From Obrimoposthia wandeli (lineage: Eukaryota), in assembly GCA_977020255.1 (NCBI GenBank), contig CDROCS010005168.1:1-64000 (forward strand): a stretch of 64,000 nucleotides of DNA, written 5' to 3'. Both the position numbers and the translations under genes were made by a program. Shown here one piece after another: positions 51,716 through 61,408 of the stretch. The number at the start of each line of letters is the position of its first letter. Position 1 is the stretch's first letter. The notes under the pieces are model-generated. The model made no database searches, was not told where the DNA came from, and saw nothing but the letters and a program-made list of their open reading frames with translations.

Positions 51716-52618
51716 ATGGCGCAAATAAATTTAAACTCATTAAAGCCGTTGGTAGTGTTTAAGACTTTATATGAAACGGGTACAGCGACAAGAACAGCAA
51801 AAGACTTAGGTATTACCCAATCTGGGGTGAGCCGCTCTTTGGCGCAACTTGAAGAAAATATAGGTATGCCACTGTTTTTACGTCATAAAAAACGCTTAGT
51901 CCCAATTCCTGAAGCCGATGAACTATACAGTGAAATTTTACGTTTGTTAGGTAACTTAGAGGAAATGAAGCATAGTATTGTGGCACTCAAGGAATTTGGT
52001 GCCTCGCGCATGCGCCTTGCTTCAGCCCCTGGATTAGGCTTTGATTACGTACCGCAAATTATTGCTGAGATACTGCGCATTAATGATAAATATAATATTT
52101 ACTTCGATATTATGCCCAGTTCGGATGTAGTGCGCAGTGTTGAATCAGACCATTTTGATGCTGGTTTTGTGACGCTGCCGGTGAGTTGTCAAACACTGAT
52201 AGTAGAGAAGCTCTTTGAAGTGGAAGCAGTGTGCATTATGCCAGCAAATCACCCCTTAGCTAAACAAGAGCTGATTAAAATCAGTGATTTAGAAAATCAA
52301 TATTTAGTGATACCCAATCAACCAAATTTAGCAGCAGATCAATTATTGCTACAAATTTCACAGTACAATGTACGTATTGCCGGTAAGACTGAGGCTAATA
52401 TAGCCGCCATATGTTCGCTAGTTTCTTGCGGGGTGGGCCTTAGCTTAATAAACCCTATTACAGCAGGTGACATTGCCGGCCGAAAAAATATAGTTATTCG
52501 CCCGTTCAAGCCCGCATTTAACTATAGTTTTGGTTTGGTTTACAAGCGGAAGTGGGCGGGTAATCAACTGATAAAATTATTAAAAAGCAACTTACCTAAG
52601 TTGCCAAACGCACTGTAG
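51716..52618 (+). CDS. LysR family regulator
   Basis: TATRTAKDLGITQSGVSRSLAQLE; divergent from the aminotransferase operon. Confidence 0.92.
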   Translation: MAQINLNSLKPLVVFKTLYETGTATRTAKDLGITQSGVSRSLAQLEENIGMPLFLRHKKRLVPIPEADELYSEILRLLGNLEEMKHSIVALKEFGASRMRLASAPGLGFDYVPQIIAEILRINDKYNIYFDIMPSSDVVRSVESDHFDAGFVTLPVSCQTLIVEKLFEVEAVCIMPANHPLAKQELIKISDLENQYLVIPNQPNLAADQLLLQISQYNVRIAGKTEANIAAICSLVSCGVGLSLINPITAGDIAGRKNIVIRPFKPAFNYSFGLVYKRKWAGNQLIKLLKSNLPKLPNAL

Positions 52619-52726
52619 ATGAGAGGTGTATACAAGTGGTGTGGGCTGCAAAGTTGGGAAAGGTTTACATACAAAGTATAACTGGCAGGTTGCGTAATAT
52701 TACAGGCAATGAAAATACCATATGGT

Positions 52727-53284
52727 TTAACTACCACGCTTAATAATAGCCAGCAATTGTGCTGAAGCATCGGCAATGCTGTGATTATTTTCAATGACAG
52801 AGTACTGGTCAGCCTGGTCGTCAGCAAAGCTTGTACGCAACTGACTGTGACGTTGTATGCGCATTTCAATTTCACTAATACTTTCACGCCCGCGCTTAAT
52901 CATCCGCTCTTGAAGTTTATCAGTGGCTACCTCAATCATTACCGGTAATACTAGACTTGGGTATAATTTCATCGCTTGCGGTAAGTAAGCTCTAGAGCCG
53001 TTGACGAGTACATTTTGTTTACACTCTAGCCACAAGTCGATTTCCCGGCCAATCGCATATTGATGTTGATTAGCTGACCAAGCCATGGCGAATAAACCTA
53101 GTGCTTTGCGCTGTTCAAATACTGTTTGGCTGAGGGCGATATGGTTCTCACCGCCAGATTGCCAGTGGCGGGTAATGTAGCGATGAGCTACTTGTAAATT
53201 GTCGAGATGCTGTTCACGTACTGCATCGATAATAGTATCTTTTCCGCTACCTGACGGTCCCATCACGTATATAATTTTCGCCAT
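52727..53284 (-). CDS. phnN: ribose 1,5-bisphosphate phosphokinase PhnN
   Basis: YVMGPSGSGKD, VAHRYITR, GGENH, VNGSRAYL, RGRES; probable start 53284. Confidence 0.9.
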   Translation of the reverse strand: MAKIIYVMGPSGSGKDTIIDAVREQHLDNLQVAHRYITRHWQSGGENHIALSQTVFEQRKALGLFAMAWSANQHQYAIGREIDLWLECKQNVLVNGSRAYLPQAMKLYPSLVLPVMIEVATDKLQERMIKRGRESISEIEMRIQRHSQLRTSFADDQADQYSVIENNHSIADASAQLLAIIKRGS

Positions 53285-54065
53285 ATTTAACTTATCCAAT
53301 CTAAAGCTGTTTTACGTAAGCTTAGCAAAAAACTCGCTTAACTTGTTCTATGCACGTCCAGTATATATGCGATTTTGTTTTTCTTCATGGCTAATCACTA
53401 AACGCTGCTAGCGTGCCTTACTCTGCGCCAATTCTATCTTTTAAGCCTACTGCTTGTGAGGGGCTTAAGGTAACTAAGTTTATGGTGTGTGGCAAATCAT
53501 ATGAGCCACTTTTTAGTTGAGCCATTTTTAAGATAGCTTTTAATAAACTATTGGATACGCATCACTTAATAGAATACCGAGCACATTTTTTACTGCCCGT
53601 TGATGAACCGAAATATTACCAGAGTGAAAATCAATACGGGCCAAAAAATATTTCTATCTGGTTGAAAATAATACAAAAAATATTAACCTTGTAACGAGCT
53701 GGCTGATTGAAAGAAGAGGCAATAAAAAGGGGTATAGGAAAGAGAATAGAAGCAATACTAGAAAGAAGGATAAAAGCAGCGAAAGTGCTGATAAAACGTT
53801 TAACATACTAAGATAAAACAATTAATTATACGTTGAAGTGTTGTTAATAAATAATGTGCTAATGAAAATAGAGTATAAGTATATGAATAAATTTCATATT
53901 CAAATCAAAGATAACCAGTATCAAGCTTTTGCAATTAACAGTAGTCTACAAGTACTAAGAAGGTATTGTATTGAATGTATCTTATTTAAGTCATCGTATT
54001 ATTGGGCGCCGTCGTTTTGCGATGTATTAAAACTCATAAAATTGAAATTATAAAGGGAGCACATT

Positions 54066-55343
54066 ATGAAGCTGGAGTCACTGGCACTACATCACGGTTA
54101 TGAATCAGAAGCGACCACAAAAGCCGCCGCCGTACCTATTTACCAGACAACTTCTTATACCTTTGACAGCACCCAACACGGTGCTGACTTATTTGATTTA
54201 AAAGTACCAGGTAATATTTATACCCGCATCATGAATCCTACTACTGATGTACTTGAAAAACGCGTCGCTGCAATGGAAGGCGGTATAGCAGGCTTAGCCG
54301 TTGCCTCCGGTATGGCGGCAATTACTTATGCTATTCAGTGCTTGTGTGAAGTAGGTGATAATATTGTAAGTACCAGCCAATTATATGGTGGCACTTATAA
54401 CTTATTTGCACATACACTACCTAAGCAAGGTGTTGAAGCAAGGTTGATTCCGGCAGATGATTTCGCCGCTTTTGAAGCCGCTATCGATAGCAAAACCAAA
54501 GCGGTTTTTTGTGAATCTATTGGCAACCCAATGGGTAATATTGTCGATATTGTGAAGCTTGCCGAAATTGCCCACAAGCAAGGTGTACCGTTGATTGTGG
54601 ATAACACGGTTGCTACCCCATATTTATGCCGCCCTTTTGAGTTAGGCGCAGATATTGTTATACATTCACTGACTAAATACATTGGTGGGCACGGTACCTC
54701 TATTGGCGGTATTCTTATTGATTCCGGCACCTTTGATTGGGTCGCTAACGCTGAGCGCTTCCCCGTAATGAATACACCTGATCCTTCTTATCACGGTGTA
54801 GTTTATACAGAGGCCTTCGGCCCTGCTGCTTTTATAGGGCGTTGTAGAGTAGTGCCGTTGCGCAATATGGGTGCCGCTATTTCGCCGACTAATTCATTTA
54901 ATATCATGCAAGGGTTGGAAACATTAGGTTTAAGAATGGAGCGCCATTGTGAAAACGCTGAAAAGCTAGCTGCCTACTTACAAAACCACCCTAAGGTAAA
55001 CTGGGTTAATTACTCAGCACTTGCCGATAGCCCATATCTTGAAAACTGCAAGAAAATTACTGGTGGTAAAGCATCAGGTATCTTAAGTTTCGGGGTTAAA
55101 GGAGGCTTGGCTGCCGGTGGGCAATTTATTGATGCACTGCAAATGATTTTACGCTTAGTCAACATCGGTGATGCAAAATCATTAGCCTGTCATCCAGCTA
55201 CCACCACACATCGTCAGTTAAACCCTGAAGAGCTAGCTAAAGCGGGTGTCAGTGAAGATCTGATTCGTATCTCGGTAGGTATTGAAAATATCGACGACAT
55301 TATTGAAGATGTATCGCAAGCGCTAGACAGCGTTAGTGTATAA
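54066..55343 (+). CDS. metY: O-acetylhomoserine aminocarboxypropyltransferase (sulfhydrylase)
   Basis: AVPIYQTTSY, GNIYTRIMNPT, LYGGTYNL, HSLTKYIGGHG, NIGDAKSL..HPATTTH. Confidence 0.93.
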   Translation: MKLESLALHHGYESEATTKAAAVPIYQTTSYTFDSTQHGADLFDLKVPGNIYTRIMNPTTDVLEKRVAAMEGGIAGLAVASGMAAITYAIQCLCEVGDNIVSTSQLYGGTYNLFAHTLPKQGVEARLIPADDFAAFEAAIDSKTKAVFCESIGNPMGNIVDIVKLAEIAHKQGVPLIVDNTVATPYLCRPFELGADIVIHSLTKYIGGHGTSIGGILIDSGTFDWVANAERFPVMNTPDPSYHGVVYTEAFGPAAFIGRCRVVPLRNMGAAISPTNSFNIMQGLETLGLRMERHCENAEKLAAYLQNHPKVNWVNYSALADSPYLENCKKITGGKASGILSFGVKGGLAAGGQFIDALQMILRLVNIGDAKSLACHPATTTHRQLNPEELAKAGVSEDLIRISVGIENIDDIIEDVSQALDSVSV

Positions 55344-55369
55344 GACGCCGTCAGAAATAAGACTCGATT

Positions 55370-55966
55370 ATGTCATTAATAGCACTGCCAATAATTGATG
55401 GGGAGCTCGGGTTAGATGAGCAGTTCCTCAGCATTGCGCAAGCAGATCAGCTGCAAGCGCAATTATTGGCAGAGTTACCTTGGCAGCATGATGAACTGAC
55501 TGTTTACGGTAAGTCAAATTTAATGCCAAGGCAGCATTGCTATCAATCAGAGCAAGGTTTGGCTTATCACTATTCAGGCTTAACGTTAACTGCGCAAGCT
55601 TACCATCCCAAAGTATTACAGCTCAAACGCTATTTAGAAGCTAGCACAGGCCTTACTTTTAACGCTGTGCTGATCAATCTCTATCGCGATGGCTTAGATA
55701 AAATGGGTTGGCACAGCGATGACGAAACAGAATTAGGAGAATCACCCAATATCGCTTCTATCAGCTTAGGTGCACAGCGCTGTTTTAAACTACGCCACAA
55801 AGCTAAAGCTGCTGCTGATATCAATCTTGAATTACCTCACGGCTCGCTATTGCTGATGAGCGGTAAATTACAGAACCATTGGCAGCACTCACTACCGGTG
55901 CGAAAGAAAATAACCCAGCCTAGAATTAATTTAACGTTTCGTTATCTCTATCCGAATCTTAGCTGA
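55370..55966 (+). CDS. AlkB-family 2OG-Fe(II) dioxygenase (ALKBH2/3-like)
   Basis: NLYRDG.DKMGWHSDDE, SLGAQR.F, WQHSLP, RINLTFR. Confidence 0.92.
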   Translation: MSLIALPIIDGELGLDEQFLSIAQADQLQAQLLAELPWQHDELTVYGKSNLMPRQHCYQSEQGLAYHYSGLTLTAQAYHPKVLQLKRYLEASTGLTFNAVLINLYRDGLDKMGWHSDDETELGESPNIASISLGAQRCFKLRHKAKAAADINLELPHGSLLLMSGKLQNHWQHSLPVRKKITQPRINLTFRYLYPNLS

Positions 55967-56008
55967 GTATTTTAGTGTTCATTGGCTATGTAATGATTGA
56001 TGCGAATA

Positions 56009-56473
56009 TTAAACAATATTGGTGGTTACTTGGCCATTAATTGAGTTAGCGATAAAGCACTGTTCATGGGATAAATGATGCATTCTTTGCATTTGCTCGA
56101 TGCTGACGTTATCCGTTTTTATAAACTCTACATGCACATTTAAAACCACCTCTGTGATGCTCATTTTTCCTTGATTATTTAGTTGCATCGTTCCAACCGC
56201 GTTATCTTCATATTTATTGATAGTCAGTTTTCGTTTCGCTGCTTCGTTTAAAAAAAACAGCATATGGCAACTTGAAATTGAAGCAATAAACGCTTCTTCA
56301 GGATCAACGTTTTGTTCCACTGAATAAGGGAGTGGCACGATATTCGGGGAGGATGATGCATCAATACACATCCCCCCATCAAACTGCCAGCGATGACCGC
56401 GTGAATATTTGTTATCAACAAATTTCTCTGACTCTTGCCTTTGCCAAATGACTTGCGCTCTATATTCAGACAT
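56009..56473 (-). CDS. OsmC family protein
   Basis: YSRGHRWQFDGG, DPEEAFIASISSCHML, CFIANS. Confidence 0.92.
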   Translation of the reverse strand: MSEYRAQVIWQRQESEKFVDNKYSRGHRWQFDGGMCIDASSSPNIVPLPYSVEQNVDPEEAFIASISSCHMLFFLNEAAKRKLTINKYEDNAVGTMQLNNQGKMSITEVVLNVHVEFIKTDNVSIEQMQRMHHLSHEQCFIANSINGQVTTNIV

Positions 56474-56596
56474 ACCTACCTCTTAGTTAATCTTGTCATT
56501 AATGTTTATAGCTATTATTACTTGAGAATGAGTTTACGGGTAGCGATAATATTTCAACCTGACATTAAAAAAACTCATAGCTAAGTGTGAATTTAT

Positions 56597-57508
56597 ATGA
56601 ATAATAACTTTTCTTTATCAGCCATCGCTTCTTTTACCGTGGTGGCTCAAGAGCTCAATTTTACCCGCGCTGCAGATGTGTTACATATCACGCCAAGCGC
56701 TGTTAGTCATAGAATTAAATTATTAGAAAAGCAGCTAGGAGTCGAGCTTTTTATACGACAGCCTCAAGGGGTTAAACTCACTCTGGCGGGCCAAACATTA
56801 TTGAAGCATTCAACCCTTGGGATGAAAAATATTCAATATGGTATTCAGCAAAGCCAGTTCGCAAATAAGGCAGAGAAGCTAAATATTGCTGTTATTCCCT
56901 CTCTGAGCCAAACGTGGTTAATTCCTCGGCTATCTTCTTTTAAAAAAGCCTATCCACAGATAGAAATAGAACTCATTCACAGTGATCAGCTGGTCGATTT
57001 TTCAAATACGCAGGCAGATTGTCACTTACATTTTGGCAGTGGCCATTATCAAGGTTTAGAAGCGGTGTTTCTCAGCCATGAAATAGCCTTTCCAGTTTGC
57101 CATCCACAGCTTATTGAGGATGCCTGCTCAAATGATCTGAATGATTTAATACAACACAGTGATTTATTACATTACAAAGCAGGCATCGAAGATCAACCTG
57201 GGGGTATAGGTTGGGCGCAGTGGTTAGAAGAATTTAGCATTGATAAGCCAGAAACCCTGCAACACAGCTGGTTTAGCCATGTTGCTATGGTGTTATGTAG
57301 CGCACGATATGCGCAGGGGATAGCACTAGGGTGGGGAAAAATAGTAGAACAAGATTTAGCAGCGGGTAATGTGGTTAAAATAGGCAGTAAAACAATGCAA
57401 ACTAAGTACGATTACTATTTAGTGGCGCCGCAAGTTAACTGGAAAAACCCATCGGTGATGGTTTTTAAACAATGGCTGGTAACACAAATGCAAAATACAG
57501 CCCAATGA
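56597..57508 (+). CDS. LysR family regulator (GcvA-like)
   Basis: LNFTRAADVLHITPSAVSHRIKLLE, WLIPRL. Confidence 0.92.
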   Translation: MNNNFSLSAIASFTVVAQELNFTRAADVLHITPSAVSHRIKLLEKQLGVELFIRQPQGVKLTLAGQTLLKHSTLGMKNIQYGIQQSQFANKAEKLNIAVIPSLSQTWLIPRLSSFKKAYPQIEIELIHSDQLVDFSNTQADCHLHFGSGHYQGLEAVFLSHEIAFPVCHPQLIEDACSNDLNDLIQHSDLLHYKAGIEDQPGGIGWAQWLEEFSIDKPETLQHSWFSHVAMVLCSARYAQGIALGWGKIVEQDLAAGNVVKIGSKTMQTKYDYYLVAPQVNWKNPSVMVFKQWLVTQMQNTAQ

Positions 57509-57549
57509 TCTATAGTGAACCATTATTTAATTTAAAGGAGTACGAAGTA

Positions 57550-57756
57550 GTGAAAAATCACGATGAAAAAGTAGAAGACGCGGATAGAATATTACAGCTT
57601 GCTATAAATAGATTTAAGATGTCGCAGAAGAAACTTGAAAAATTGCAAGTTGCTATCATTAAAGAAGAAAAAATATTAAAAGAAGCGAATGACGAAATTC
57701 TAGCAGCGACCACTGCATTCTTTGATTTGAAAGAAATGGAAGACTCTAACTCATAG
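57550..57756 (+). CDS. small coiled-coil hypothetical protein (about 68 aa)
   Basis: GTG at 57550 preceded by AAAGGAG; heptad-like K/E/L-rich sequence; the ORF is open from 57472. Confidence 0.55.
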   Translation: MKNHDEKVEDADRILQLAINRFKMSQKKLEKLQVAIIKEEKILKEANDEILAATTAFFDLKEMEDSNS

Positions 57757-57996
57757 AAAATAGGCCTGGGTTACAAACATCTAAGAGAGCTGGGTTTATT
57801 CAGTGAATCCATCTTTTTCTGAAGATATGTATCAATTCAAAACTTTTAATCGTGGTGTAGGCTATTTTCAACAGAGCTCTTTATCGTGATAGGAAAACTT
57901 TGCGACACAACCAAAATAAAGCTTATTTTCACACAGTATCTTTTTTTGAAAATGACAGTTGTGTATCCAACTTTCATCTCATAAGAGTTTTAGAAA

Positions 57997-58794
57997 GTGT
58001 TTATGAAAAAACAACAAGCAGAGCATAATATTGACTTAGTACTAGAAGAATCTTTAGTGCTAAGTGAAGGTGAGCACTTAATTACGGCTCGTTCATTTAT
58101 TCATTTAGATTGGAAGAATGAGTATCAGCAAGATTTGACGTTTAAAAACTGTACCATCATTGATTCTGATTTTAGTGGGGCAAATTTGGATGGCTTGCGT
58201 TTAATAAGTTGTCACATTCTAAATTGTGATTTTTCTGCATCAAGCATCAAAAACGCTAATTTTGAAGGCTGCACGTTTTATGATAAAGAAAAGCAAAAGG
58301 GTTGTGACTTTCAAAAAGCAGATTTAAGACACTGTGTATTTCAAGATTGTAATATTTCATTGAGTAATTTTTATCGGTCTGAATTGTTCGATATCGTCAT
58401 AAATGAATGTCAAGCGCAGGGCTGTAATTTTGAATTTGCTGACTTTGTTAACGTGGTGAGTAAAAAAGTATTATTCAGCTCAGCAAGGCTAACAAAGTCG
58501 AATTTTAAGTATGCAAACTTCGAAGGGGTTTATCTTGAAAAATGTGACCTCAGTGAAAGTATGCTAGTTGCAGTTATTTTATCTAGAGTAAACCTTGAAG
58601 GTGCTAACCTTACTAGTACGGTATTCTCGCCTAGTCAGTATGATGGGTTATCAATTTTTAAAGCAGATTTAAGAAATGCTGAAATAGAGGGCATCGATAC
58701 TAGGTTGGTAGATTTTTCTGGGGTTAAAATATTTGAGTGGCAAATGATTGCTTTAATGGAGAGCATTGGGTTTATTATTTACCCTGATCAATAA
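57997..58794 (+). CDS. Qnr-like pentapeptide repeat protein
   Basis: Continuous pentapeptide repeats with Qnr loop A (GCTFYDKEKQKGCDF), loop B (NVVSKKVLFSSA) and the C-terminal GVKI..WQ..L.E..G..I.PD motif. Confidence 0.85.
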   Translation: MFMKKQQAEHNIDLVLEESLVLSEGEHLITARSFIHLDWKNEYQQDLTFKNCTIIDSDFSGANLDGLRLISCHILNCDFSASSIKNANFEGCTFYDKEKQKGCDFQKADLRHCVFQDCNISLSNFYRSELFDIVINECQAQGCNFEFADFVNVVSKKVLFSSARLTKSNFKYANFEGVYLEKCDLSESMLVAVILSRVNLEGANLTSTVFSPSQYDGLSIFKADLRNAEIEGIDTRLVDFSGVKIFEWQMIALMESIGFIIYPDQ

Positions 58795-58910
58795 TTTTGA
58801 TAGTCATAAATGTATTACTTGCGCAACGAGACAACAGGTTTGAGCAATGAATAAAAACATTCCAAATTACTTGTCTATCTAACCCAAAGTCAGCATATAG
58901 CAACACAATT

Positions 58911-58935
58911 TTAGATTAGATTAGGTTAGGTTAGA
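58911..58935 (+). repeat. (TTAGR)5 pentanucleotide tandem repeat
   Basis: TTAGA TTAGA TTAGG TTAGG TTAGA. Confidence 0.7.
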
Positions 58936-58990
58936 GGCTGATTAGTAAACTGGATGAACAAGAATAAACGACACAGTACTAACACATAGA

Positions 58991-60355
58991 TTAAATCTCC
59001 TTACCTGCCAGCCATTCCTTATAAGCCAAGTTCGCTTTAACGCCTAATGATAAAAAAGGCTGCGGTGGTAGTTTTTTTGGCTGCTCGAAGCTCAGATATT
59101 CAGCGACTTCTTCAGTGTGCCCTAGTACCGCTAATTCGGCCGCAAGCTTGCCTGATAATGTGCCTTTAACTGTACCTAGTCCGTTTTGGCAAGCTGCAGC
59201 ATAGATGCCGGTTTCTAATTCACCAAAGGCAGGCACTGAGTTGAGCGATAAGCAAAGCCGGCCTCCCCAGCGATATTGCATTGATACATCTGACAGCATT
59301 TGGAAGCGCGCAGCGAAGGATTTATCGTGTTTCTTTACAATGGCTGCTATCTCTTGCTGGCCGATTTGCAGGCTTGGATTAAAGGTGAAGTGGTTACGCA
59401 CCGTAATTCGATCGCCGGAACCTTGATAATCAGAGATTTTGCGTACGGTTGTCCCCATCGGATCTGCGGGTAATACGCCCCAATCAGTGCTGCCTCCTAA
59501 GCTTTGCAATTGCTCATTGTTGAGCGCTTCACTCATCGATGCATAAGTAAATACATGCAATAGGCGTCTCTTAAGAAATCCAAAAGATTCAATATGCCCG
59601 TTAACCGCTAATATAATTTTTTGTGCCTTAATTTTATGATTGGCAGTGCTTACGATGTGCGGCTTGCCTTGCTCAATACCGAGCACAGGGGTTTGTTGGT
59701 AGATATCAATCCTATCGCGAAGGCCCTTGGCTGCGTATTGGATAAAAGCCGCAGGTTGTATGGTGACCGCTCCGGGTGTGAATAAGCCTTGTTGATAGTA
59801 GTTCGTACCACTGTATCGCTGCATTTGTACAGCATCGTATAGCGCGTAGTTTTCACTTAAGTGATCTAAGTGGCGGCTGTAACTGTGAAGTTGTTGCATG
59901 CCGCGTTCACTGGCAGCTGCGGTCACTTTACCGCTGCGCTTAAATACTTGCTTTGGCATAGAGTATTGGGTTGCCATTGTGGCTGCAAACTCAATGGCAC
60001 TGCGGTTTAGGCGTATTTGCTTTAAATCGGCATCACTGGAACCGGCGTAGCTGTGGGAGTTTAAATCGTGAGGTAAATCTATCATGTAGCCGCTGTTGCG
60101 CCCAGCTGGCCCCTCGGCTAATTTGCAGGCCTCTAGTAATACGATTCGATCGTGATCAGGAATTAACTGGCTCAACCGTTGTGCCGCTGCGATGCCTGCA
60201 AACCCAGCGCCGATGACCAACCATTGGGTTTCGATATTAGCGTTGAGTACGGGAAAATCAGTTTGATGCTCCCCAAGAATAGCTTGCCAGCCAGCAGTGC
60301 CTGTTTCTACAGGGGTGCGCGTAACTTTTATGCTCTTTTTTATTCCTTTAGGCAT
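58991..60355 (-). CDS. FAD-dependent amino-acid/amine oxidoreductase (DadA/PuuB-like)
   Basis: VIGAGFAGIAAA, GPAGRNSG, YRWGG.LC, CQNGLG. Confidence 0.9.
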   Translation of the reverse strand: MPKGIKKSIKVTRTPVETGTAGWQAILGEHQTDFPVLNANIETQWLVIGAGFAGIAAAQRLSQLIPDHDRIVLLEACKLAEGPAGRNSGYMIDLPHDLNSHSYAGSSDADLKQIRLNRSAIEFAATMATQYSMPKQVFKRSGKVTAAASERGMQQLHSYSRHLDHLSENYALYDAVQMQRYSGTNYYQQGLFTPGAVTIQPAAFIQYAAKGLRDRIDIYQQTPVLGIEQGKPHIVSTANHKIKAQKIILAVNGHIESFGFLKRRLLHVFTYASMSEALNNEQLQSLGGSTDWGVLPADPMGTTVRKISDYQGSGDRITVRNHFTFNPSLQIGQQEIAAIVKKHDKSFAARFQMLSDVSMQYRWGGRLCLSLNSVPAFGELETGIYAAACQNGLGTVKGTLSGKLAAELAVLGHTEEVAEYLSFEQPKKLPPQPFLSLGVKANLAYKEWLAGKEI

Positions 60356-60359
60356 GGTG

Positions 60360-61265
60360 CTAGTGTTTTGCAGTGATGTTGGCGATAGTGGCTTTTAGTG
60401 TATTTACCACACTTGCCATGGCTTGCTTTTCTTCGTTACTTAAACCGCGCAGTGGCAAGCGTACTTCACCGGCGGTGCGCCCTGATAAAGTTACACCGTG
60501 TTTAACGCTTTGAATAAATTTTCCGCCTTGTTCTAGCACAGACATCAACGGCATCATTGCGGCCATTATACGGCGAGCTTTGTTAAAATCGTTATCAATG
60601 ACACAGGCGTGATAAAGCGCTAGATGTTCTTCAGGCAAGAAATTAGAACCTGCACAAACCCAGCTTTTGGCCCCCCAAGCGAAAAATTCCAGTGCTTGAT
60701 CGTCCATGCCACAAGCCGTTTGTAGCTGCGGGTAATGATTGGCTAGCATATGTAATCGATTAATATCGCCAGAGCTTTCCTTAATTGCTTGAAAATTGCT
60801 AAAGCTTGATATTTGATCTAAAAACGCCGCCTCCATATTAACGCCCATGCGATCTGGGTAGTTGTAAAGCATGATAGGTAGATCAGCGGCACTGTCGATA
60901 CTTAGTGCATGTAGTGCTAGCTCTTCTTGAGTGGGTAGTGCATAGGGAGGTGTGGCAACCAGTAAAGCATCGGCGCCATATTTGGCTCCGTCTTCTGCGA
61001 GTTTAATTGAAGCCACTGGGTTGATAGAGCCGGTACCGAAAATCACAATGCATTGATTAGCGGCTATTTGCTTGGCTATTTTAAGTAGTTCAATCCGCTC
61101 TTGATGGCTTTCTACGTAGTATTCACCGGTTGTTCCACCGACCATTAAACCTTGCACACCTGCATCAACCAAGTATTGAATTTGTGCACTAAATGCTGCG
61201 TAATCGATACTTTGATCATTCGAAAACGGCGTAATTACTGGTGTATGAATACCTGAAAAGTTCAT
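60360..61265 (-). CDS. dihydrodipicolinate synthase (DapA)-family lyase
   Basis: GGTTGE, YNYP, IKESSG; probable start MNFSG at 61265. Confidence 0.9.
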   Translation of the reverse strand: MNFSGIHTPVITPFSNDQSIDYAAFSAQIQYLVDAGVQGLMVGGTTGEYYVESHQERIELLKIAKQIAANQCIVIFGTGSINPVASIKLAEDGAKYGADALLVATPPYALPTQEELALHALSIDSAADLPIMLYNYPDRMGVNMEAAFLDQISSFSNFQAIKESSGDINRLHMLANHYPQLQTACGMDDQALEFFAWGAKSWVCAGSNFLPEEHLALYHACVIDNDFNKARRIMAAMMPLMSVLEQGGKFIQSVKHGVTLSGRTAGEVRLPLRGLSNEEKQAMASVVNTLKATIANITAKH

Positions 61266-61408
61266 GCTGTACCTCGTTAATATCAAACGTGCAACGAAGT
61301 GAAATTGCTTCGCGCCAATGAGTCGATATTACGGGGTGATAGCTGGGGCGCACAATCAACCTTTTTGTACTATTTATGATAACGCTAGGTTATAGGTTGA
61401 ACTTTATC

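Noticed and set aside
53990-54065. SAM riboswitch or MetJ boxes upstream of metY
   Set aside because: No tandem AGACGTCT boxes or SAM aptamer core were visible
57757-57996. LexA box upstream of the qnr-like gene (as in qnrB)
   Set aside because: No CTGT-N8-ACAG found
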